Shown here piece after piece: positions 58,225 to 64,000 of a stretch of 64,000 nt of DNA. The stretch lies in NCBI GenBank assembly GCA_964481145.1, contig CAYZTA010000024.1, positions 9,729 to 73,728 of the forward strand, in the 5' to 3' direction. The stretch is from an uncultured Sandaracinus sp. (GTDB taxonomy: Bacteria > Myxococcota_A > Polyangia > Polyangiales > Sandaracinaceae). Position 1 is the first letter of the stretch. Every line of letters begins with the position of its first letter. Position numbers and translations under genes: made by a program. The notes beneath the pieces are model-generated. The model searched no databases, was not told the DNA's origin, and saw nothing but the letters and a program-made list of their open reading frames with translations.

Positions 58225-59476
58225 CGTCCGCCTGAATCCTCGTCTCGAGCCGATTGTCGATGCCTCGAACTCCCGCAACTTGCGAGGCAGAGCGATCCGC
58301 TTCGGTGCGTGCAAATGGAGAGCGCACGTTCCCTATGAGCATCACGATTCCGTCTTGAACTCGGAGCTCGATTCTCTCGTTCTCGAGATACGGATTCATC
58401 CCAAGAATGTCAGAGACGCGTTCCTCCAAGAGCTCGTCATCGATGAGCGGATGAGGAAGGACGGTGATACGGTCGATGAGCCGTGTGACTCCACGGGTGG
58501 TCTCGATGAGCTCGAGGGTGGCGCGCTTTGCGAGGACGTTTGAAACCTCGCCTTCAATCGTAACGACACCATCGCGATCGACGTGGAGAGCGAGGTTCTC
58601 GACGCCCTGCCAACCATTGCATTCAAGAGCTCGATGAATCGTTCGCGTCATCGCGTCACGGTTGGGCATGGGGTGCACACGGCGTTCGTACGACATCGGA
58701 GACCACCGCACGTGAAGCGCGCTCGCGTTGACTTCGCGGACGCCGTCGATGCCGCTCAAATAGCGAGCGAGCCGTCGCTCATTCTCGCTCGATACCGTGC
58801 CGGTGAGGACGACTCGACCGTCCCGAACGCGTAGATGAATCCGCCGAGAATCGATCCGCATGTCGCGATCCAACTGTTTCGTGATCCGAGCACGAAGTTG
58901 GTCGTCGACGTATTCGCGCGGAGGGACGATCTCGAGGCGAACTACCACATTTTTTACGCCGCGAACACCGGCCGCGATCTCTTCAGAAACAGCGCGTTGA
59001 TGATGCGACGTGACGTCGCCGGCGAGTGTGACGTCTCCTCCATCGACCACGACGTCGATCTCTTCCGACTGAAGCACGGGATGGAGCGACAAGGCGCGGC
59101 GCACGTCGTTTTCGATCATCGCATCCACTCGCTCAGGCGGGCGCACGTCGATGCGATTCCAGACACGGAGGACACCGAAGGTCTGGGCGGCGATGGCCTC
59201 TACGTTTTTCTTTGCGAGCACATGAGGGAGGTGTCCTTCGAGGACGACGACATGGCGATCGACGCGAACGATGACCGATTCGGCGTTGTCGTGGGTAGCG
59301 ATCCGTCGTCGCACGGCAAGAGCGAGCTCTCGATCGCGATGTGCGGACAGGGTTTCGAGGGTCGCGGCCGTGTGCGTCGTTCGAGTTCGGAGCGATGCGT
59401 CGCCGGCGCGATTCGCAGTGCACGCCATCACGAGGAGGGCGATGGCAAGAATGTGACGAGGCACCTTTTCGGACAT
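58217..59476 (-). CDS. secreted protein with five BON domains
   Basis: The signal/lipobox is 'ILAIALLVMACTA'. Five units of about 70 aa each end in a 'G V..V.N.I.V'-like motif: 'FGVLRVWNRIDV', 'VRGVKNVVVRLEI', 'IDGVREVNASALHV', 'TRGVTRLIDRITV' and 'VAGVRGIDNRLE'. Confidence 0.85.
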   Translation of the reverse strand: MSEKVPRHILAIALLVMACTANRAGDASLRTRTTHTAATLETLSAHRDRELALAVRRRIATHDNAESVIVRVDRHVVVLEGHLPHVLAKKNVEAIAAQTFGVLRVWNRIDVRPPERVDAMIENDVRRALSLHPVLQSEEIDVVVDGGDVTLAGDVTSHHQRAVSEEIAAGVRGVKNVVVRLEIVPPREYVDDQLRARITKQLDRDMRIDSRRIHLRVRDGRVVLTGTVSSENERRLARYLSGIDGVREVNASALHVRWSPMSYERRVHPMPNRDAMTRTIHRALECNGWQGVENLALHVDRDGVVTIEGEVSNVLAKRATLELIETTRGVTRLIDRITVLPHPLIDDELLEERVSDILGMNPYLENERIELRVQDGIVMLIGNVRSPFARTEADRSASQVAGVRGIDNRLETRIQADGW

Positions 59477-59551
59477 GGTCTCCTCCTACAGGGAGAAGAA
59501 CCTGTGCAGATGCGAGGCCAACATCACGGGTGATGAAGTGCCCTCGTCCCT

Positions 59552-60691
59552 TTACCAGGGCAGTCGATAGGAGGCTTCGAATGCGATGTCGAGCGAGACG
59601 GCGAAATCGTCGGCGAGCACCCAGAACGTGGGCGCGATGAGATCCAACCCGATTTCGAAGTCTTCCGAGATCGCGTAGTTGACGCCTGCTGCGAGGCGAA
59701 TCACCGGGCCATTGAAGGGGAGATATCCCACCGCCACACGCAACGGAATGGTGAGGTCCAGCGTGGGGCTGAGGCGAACTCGTTGCTCACCTTGCAGCAT
59801 GACGAGGAGGTTGTGCGCTCGATCGTTGCGCCCCTGAAGATTCGTGTAACCGAAATACGCTCCGAACATGAGGTCGCGCGTGACTCGAAAATCGAGCCGA
59901 GCGCCGACCAGATGATTGTAAAATCCTCCTTGGGTCGTGCCGATCACGGCTTCTGTTTGGAGCGTGACCTTCCAGCGGCGGAGCGGCGGCTCAGGGAGTC
60001 GCACACCGATGCCAGCGGGATGGGCAAGCTCGTCTCGAGGCCTCGGACGGCGCACGATTCGTGTGGGCGTGGCGGCCAGTCGAGCCGGTGTTTCTTGCCA
60101 TGTCGCAGGGCTTGGAAGGGTCTGCTGCAAGAGTCGATCGATGGCTTCGCGAAGGTCTGCTGCTCCTGCCGTGTCACGACCAAAGAAGGGTCCCGTGCCG
60201 TCGAGGCTCGCCACGCTCATTTCGATGACGTACTGACCCCCCGCAGCCCAGATGCGCGCAAATACGCCGCGCTGAGCCTGCGCGATCCACGTCACACGCC
60301 AGAGATCTGCGGGCGCGGGCGGATAGGGCATGCGCAGGCGTTGCGCTGCGGCGACGCTTTCTTCAGGCGTGAGGACCTGGTAGCCCATCGCTTCGCCCGT
60401 GCGCCGTATTCGTTCACTGGCGACGCGTCCCACGATCGGATCGACTCCATAGGTGGCGACATCGATCACGATGAGACGTCGCGATGGTTCACCCGTGGAT
60501 GGTTCGGGGAGTTCTTCCGTTGCAGCCTCGGGCGGCGCTTGCTCCTCGGAGTCCTCGGGTGGAGTTTCGAACTCGGCCTCTTCTTCGCTTTGCGCGCGGA
60601 CGTGATTCTGGAGCGGATCGAGCCCCAGTGCCGTTGGCAGCATTGCCAACGAGAGCGCAACGAGGCTTCTCAGGCTACGTACAGAACGCAT
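59552..60691 (-). CDS. hypothetical outer-membrane protein (acidic N-domain + C-terminal beta-barrel)
   Basis: It has a signal peptide 'SLRSLVALSLAMLPTALG' and an acidic Pro/Glu linker. The C-terminal strands end in '...FEASYRLPW', with an aromatic terminal residue. Confidence 0.62.
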   Translation of the reverse strand: MRSVRSLRSLVALSLAMLPTALGLDPLQNHVRAQSEEEAEFETPPEDSEEQAPPEAATEELPEPSTGEPSRRLIVIDVATYGVDPIVGRVASERIRRTGEAMGYQVLTPEESVAAAQRLRMPYPPAPADLWRVTWIAQAQRGVFARIWAAGGQYVIEMSVASLDGTGPFFGRDTAGAADLREAIDRLLQQTLPSPATWQETPARLAATPTRIVRRPRPRDELAHPAGIGVRLPEPPLRRWKVTLQTEAVIGTTQGGFYNHLVGARLDFRVTRDLMFGAYFGYTNLQGRNDRAHNLLVMLQGEQRVRLSPTLDLTIPLRVAVGYLPFNGPVIRLAAGVNYAISEDFEIGLDLIAPTFWVLADDFAVSLDIAFEASYRLPW

Positions 60692-61895
60692 GCGGATGGG
60701 GTTGTACCAGGGCGACGCCAGGGGGGCGAGCTGTCAATGGGTCAAGAGCGCTTGGACGTATGTTCTTTGGATGAGCATATGTTTGAAGACTGGATGTGCG
60801 GGTGACACGGAGCGCCACATCAGCACGCAAAGTGAGCCGGCGAGTGAGCCCACGCACGCGGAGCTTGCTCCACTGAACGAGGATGTGGATCCACATCCCT
60901 TCGCGTGGCCACACCGCGCCGAAGAGTTCGGAGACGAGCTCCGACGTTTCGAATCGATCGAAGGGTGCGTCGAGCAGTTGCGCTCCCAAACGCCGACGGC
61001 TGTGTCCGAAGGACTTTTGGATTTTGGCTATGATGCGTTCTTCACCGACGTCTGCACCGGACTCAGTGCTGCGGCGATGCGAGAGCCCTCGCGTTGCGAC
61101 ACGCTCACCGTCTCCAATGCGCGTGCAGGATGCCGTCGTCGTGCGGCATGGGCGCTTGGAGATCCCTCGATGTGTCCCGAAGATCGTGTGTTGAGCGGTC
61201 CCGAGCCACTCTGCGTGGCGTGGGCAGCCCGCAATGTGGGGCTATGTCGCGCCGTATCGAGTGCAGACCGAAATCTTTGTGTGAGTGTGCTCGATCGAGA
61301 TGCGTCTCGTTGCGAACGTCGTGATCGCGCGCGATGTGAGGCGTGGCTGAGACGTTACGGAGAGGTGCTGGGTACGGAACGCAACGAAACCGCGGGTACG
61401 CGTGACGAGCCCAGGCTGCATGTTTCGATGGTGCGCGTCGATCCCGATAGGCCTCGCGAAACGGTGGGCACGCCGAATGAAATGACCCCGTCTCAACTCG
61501 CCCGCGGTGTGGTTCTGCGTGCTGAACGCTGCGCTTATCGGGTGTCGCTCGACGAGCACGGCGAAAACATGCTTTTTTCGCGGGGACACACCGGCGTGAA
61601 GATCGAGTTCGAGGTGGGTGCCCACACAAACCTGCCGAGCGAAATTGCGTTCCAACCTGCGGGGGCGACGATCGAGATCAACCATCCCGAGATGGGACGC
61701 TTGTCGTCGGGTCGGGGCAAGCTCACGCTCCTGACTTTCGAGCCTCGGCTCGGAGGCGCGTTTTCGGGTGAGCTCGAGGCGGAGTTTCCCATGGCTTCCC
61801 ATGTGATTCACGTGACCGGACAATTCCGTACGTTCATTCGGTATCTCGAACCTCTACCAGCGGATTGTGGCGATGGTAGGATGGAGCTTCCATGA
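60690..61895 (+). CDS. hypothetical Cys-rich lipoprotein
   Basis: The lipobox-like motif is 'LWMSICLKTGCAG'. The central region has regularly spaced Cys ('CDTLTVSNARAGC', 'CPEDRVLSGPEPLC', 'CRAVSSADRNLC', 'CERRDRARC'). The start is uncertain. A 4-nt overlap joins it to the next gene. Confidence 0.6.
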   Translation: MRMGLYQGDARGASCQWVKSAWTYVLWMSICLKTGCAGDTERHISTQSEPASEPTHAELAPLNEDVDPHPFAWPHRAEEFGDELRRFESIEGCVEQLRSQTPTAVSEGLLDFGYDAFFTDVCTGLSAAAMREPSRCDTLTVSNARAGCRRRAAWALGDPSMCPEDRVLSGPEPLCVAWAARNVGLCRAVSSADRNLCVSVLDRDASRCERRDRARCEAWLRRYGEVLGTERNETAGTRDEPRLHVSMVRVDPDRPRETVGTPNEMTPSQLARGVVLRAERCAYRVSLDEHGENMLFSRGHTGVKIEFEVGAHTNLPSEIAFQPAGATIEINHPEMGRLSSGRGKLTLLTFEPRLGGAFSGELEAEFPMASHVIHVTGQFRTFIRYLEPLPADCGDGRMELP

Positions 61896-62929
61896 GCCGC
61901 TTTCGTCAACCTCTTCTCGCATGCGCGGTGTTTGCGTTTGCGTTTCCGTTTCCGACCGCGCTGACCGCAGCGCAATCGTCCGATGCGCGTCCTCCTGAGG
62001 ACTGTGGCATGAGCGAAGAAAACGCTCGCTTCGGCCCGCTCGAGTCAGGGACGGTCGTGACGTTACAACGCCATCGCTTCGTCGGCGGCGATGACAACTG
62101 GGACGACCAAATGGCGCGATTCGTTGGACGTGCAGCGCGTGTGACGCGTCACTCCGGTGTGGATGCCGTGGGGTGTCCGGGGGTGAGGGTCGATGTCGAT
62201 GGCGGACAGTGGTTCTGGCGTGCGCGCGACCTTGGCGTCGGAACAGGCCTGCAACCACGGCCTGCTCCTCGAGCTCCGAGCCCATCGTCCGTGCCGCAAG
62301 AATGTCATCAGGATGAAGGAAGGCCGAACTATGGGCGTGTGGTGCCCGGCACGGAAGTGACGCTGGGGCGACATCGTGGAGTCGATGGGGATGACAACTG
62401 GGCGGACGAGATGAGCCAGTATGTGGGTCGTCGTGCTCGGGTGGTGGAGCATTCTGGTGTGGATGGGGTGGGATGTCCGGGAGTCCGCGTGGACATCGAT
62501 GGCCGTCAATGGTTCTGGAGATTGCGGGATCTGCGCATGAGCGGCATGGGCAGCAGCGGCGGAGAGTTCGTGGCGAGCACGGGCATCAGCAGCGATCATG
62601 GCCGCCCGGCGGCCGTGGCGGCGATCGGCGACGATCCGACGAGCGGAGGTCTTTTTGGGACTGGAGGGGCGCTCGGACCGCAGGAATGCGGCATGACCGA
62701 TGCGACCGTGCAATGGGGTGGAATCTCGGTGGGAATGCGCGTCACGATCGGTCGCCATCGGCCGGTGAATGGGGATGAAAACTGGTCTACCGAGATGGAT
62801 CCATATGTGGGTCGGCAGGTGCAGATCCAGGGGTTGATCGGGGTCGATGATCAAGGTTGTCCTGTCGTGAACATCGATGCCGACGGTGGGCAGTATTATT
62901 GGCGTGTGCGAGACATGACGTTGCCTTGA
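61892..62929 (+). CDS. secreted protein made of three copies of an unrecognised ~82-aa two-Cys domain
   Basis: The signal peptide is 'LLACAVFAFAFPFPTALTAAQS'. Three colinear repeats follow (see the repeat feature). Confidence 0.75.
   Translation: MSRFRQPLLACAVFAFAFPFPTALTAAQSSDARPPEDCGMSEENARFGPLESGTVVTLQRHRFVGGDDNWDDQMARFVGRAARVTRHSGVDAVGCPGVRVDVDGGQWFWRARDLGVGTGLQPRPAPRAPSPSSVPQECHQDEGRPNYGRVVPGTEVTLGRHRGVDGDDNWADEMSQYVGRRARVVEHSGVDGVGCPGVRVDIDGRQWFWRLRDLRMSGMGSSGGEFVASTGISSDHGRPAAVAAIGDDPTSGGLFGTGGALGPQECGMTDATVQWGGISVGMRVTIGRHRPVNGDENWSTEMDPYVGRQVQIQGLIGVDDQGCPVVNIDADGGQYYWRVRDMTLP
61994..62923 (+). repeat. 3 x 82-aa intragenic domain repeat
   Basis: The copies span nt 61994-62239, 62294-62539 and 62678-62923. 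The shared pattern is 'P(E/Q)(D/E)C......G..V(T)(L/I)(G/Q)RHR.V.GD(D/E)NW..(E/Q)M..(F/Y)VGR.(A/V).(V/I)....GVD..GCP(G/V)V.(V/I)D.DG.Q(W/Y)(F/Y)WR.RD(L/M)'. Confidence 0.85.
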
Positions 62930-62962
62930 GACGATTTCGCATGGTGCGCTACCATCCGCGCC

Positions 62963-64000
62963 ATGCGTATTCTCGTCGCTGACAAACTCGCTTCATTCGT
63001 TCCTGGCCGCCTGCAGGATCTTCGAGCGCGCCTCGAAGTCGATCCGAAGCTGGAAGGCGATTCTCTCACCGAGAGGATGCGGGAGCTCGACCCCGAGGTG
63101 CTCGTCGTGCGGAGCACTCGAGTGGGGGCGGCGCAGATTTCCGCCGGCCGCAGCCTGTCGCTCATCATTCGCGCGGGTGCGGGCGTCAATACGATCGATA
63201 TGGCGACGGCGTCCGCACGCGGGGTGTACGTGGCGAACTGTCCGGGCAAAAATGCGGCGGCAGTGGCGGAGCTCGCGCTCGGACATCTCATCAATCTCGA
63301 TCGGCGCATCGCCGACAACGTCGCGAGTTTGCGTGCGCACAAATGGGACAAAAAGACCTTTGGGGGGGCGCGCGGATTGCGGGGCAGGACGCTCGCGATC
63401 CTCGGTGTCGGGCCGATCGGGATTGAAGTCATCGTGCGCGCACAGGCCTTCGGGATGAAGGTCGTGGGTTGGTCGCGAAGTCTCAGTGAAGAGCAAGCGA
63501 GCGAACTCGGGATTGCACGTGCGACAACGCCCGAGGCGGCGGTCGTGGGGGCCGACGCCGTGTCAGTGCATCTCGCGCTCACGCCCGAGACGAAAGGGCG
63601 CATTGGTGTGAGCGTGTTTTCGGCGATGAAACCGGGCGCGTATTTCATCAATACCTCGCGTGGTGAGGTGGTCGATCAAACGGCGCTCCTCGAAGCTTGT
63701 GGTGCACGTGGAATTCGTGCGGGGCTCGATGTGTTCGAAGGTGAGCCCGCGAGCGGGCAGGCTGCGTTTTCCGGGCCGATCACCGATCATCCAAACGTGT
63801 ATGGGACGTGTCATATCGGCGCGAGCACCGACGAAGCCGAAGAGGCCGTGGGTGAAGAAGTCGTGCGCATCGTCGCGGCCTATCAAAAGGCCGAGCCGAT
63901 TCCGAACTGCGTGAATCTCGCGATCCACAGCGCAGCGACGCATGTGCTCGTCGTTCGACACGCGGATCGCGTGGGTGTGCTCGCGCACGTGCTGCGGATT
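62963..64000 (+). CDS. serA: D-3-phosphoglycerate dehydrogenase / D-2-hydroxyacid dehydrogenase (3' end off window)
   Basis: This ORF is not in the supplied track because it has no stop in the window. My own translation from ATG 62963 gives 'MRILVADKL...', 'IIRAGAGVNTID', 'LAILGVGPIGIEV' (NAD fold), 'FINTSRGEVVD' and 'GLDVFEGEP'. It ends with an ACT-like 'HVLVVRHADRVGVLAHVL'. Confidence 0.88.
   Translation, partial: MRILVADKLASFVPGRLQDLRARLEVDPKLEGDSLTERMRELDPEVLVVRSTRVGAAQISAGRSLSLIIRAGAGVNTIDMATASARGVYVANCPGKNAAAVAELALGHLINLDRRIADNVASLRAHKWDKKTFGGARGLRGRTLAILGVGPIGIEVIVRAQAFGMKVVGWSRSLSEEQASELGIARATTPEAAVVGADAVSVHLALTPETKGRIGVSVFSAMKPGAYFINTSRGEVVDQTALLEACGARGIRAGLDVFEGEPASGQAAFSGPITDHPNVYGTCHIGASTDEAEEAVGEEVVRIVAAYQKAEPIPNCVNLAIHSAATHVLVVRHADRVGVLAHVLRI

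Noticed and set aside
62063-63988. Minus-strand ORFs 62063-62854, 62896-63651 and 63563-63988.
   Set aside because: They are antisense to the three-repeat secreted protein and to the serA-like dehydrogenase. The dehydrogenase is missing from the ORF track only because it runs off the window. The plus-strand translations carry clear NAD-binding and repeat motifs.

Overview
This is a GC-rich, gene-dense bacterial chromosomal segment with about 65 genes. I saw no rRNA, tRNA, CRISPR array, transposase, integrase or phage gene. The gene content suggests a Myxococcota-like (deltaproteobacterial) genome, which is inference only: many signal-peptide/lipobox proteins with HEAT, FG-GAP, PQQ-propeller, BON or Cys-rich repeats, large PAS/GAF kinases and an accessory Che cluster. 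Recognisable housekeeping genes are ctaD, prs, sahR-metH, trpF, trpA, rpmH-rnpA-yidD-yidC-jag, ppa, cyaY, dinB and a partial serA. The best candidate for an undescribed system is a translationally coupled chemosensory operon at 32.9-41.9 kb: cheY-cheA-cheW-cheW-HEAT-cheR-cheB-GAF-cheY. It has both adaptation enzymes but no methyl-accepting receptor, and a 681-aa HEAT-repeat protein sits in the receptor slot. Other notable items are:
- a eukaryote-type bifunctional PFK-2/FBPase-2
- a decayed locus at 26.5-27.9 kb with a frameshifted lipoprotein, a purD 3' remnant and five 42-bp tandem repeats with hairpin potential
- a truncated coxIII
- an HK-REC-GGDEF hybrid
- an orphan ExbB-ExbD-TonB set next to small beta-barrel genes
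- a secreted protein built from three copies of an unrecognised 82-aa two-Cys domain
- an AT-richer hemerythrin/Dps islet
All functional calls come from reading motifs in the supplied translations by eye. No database search was run.
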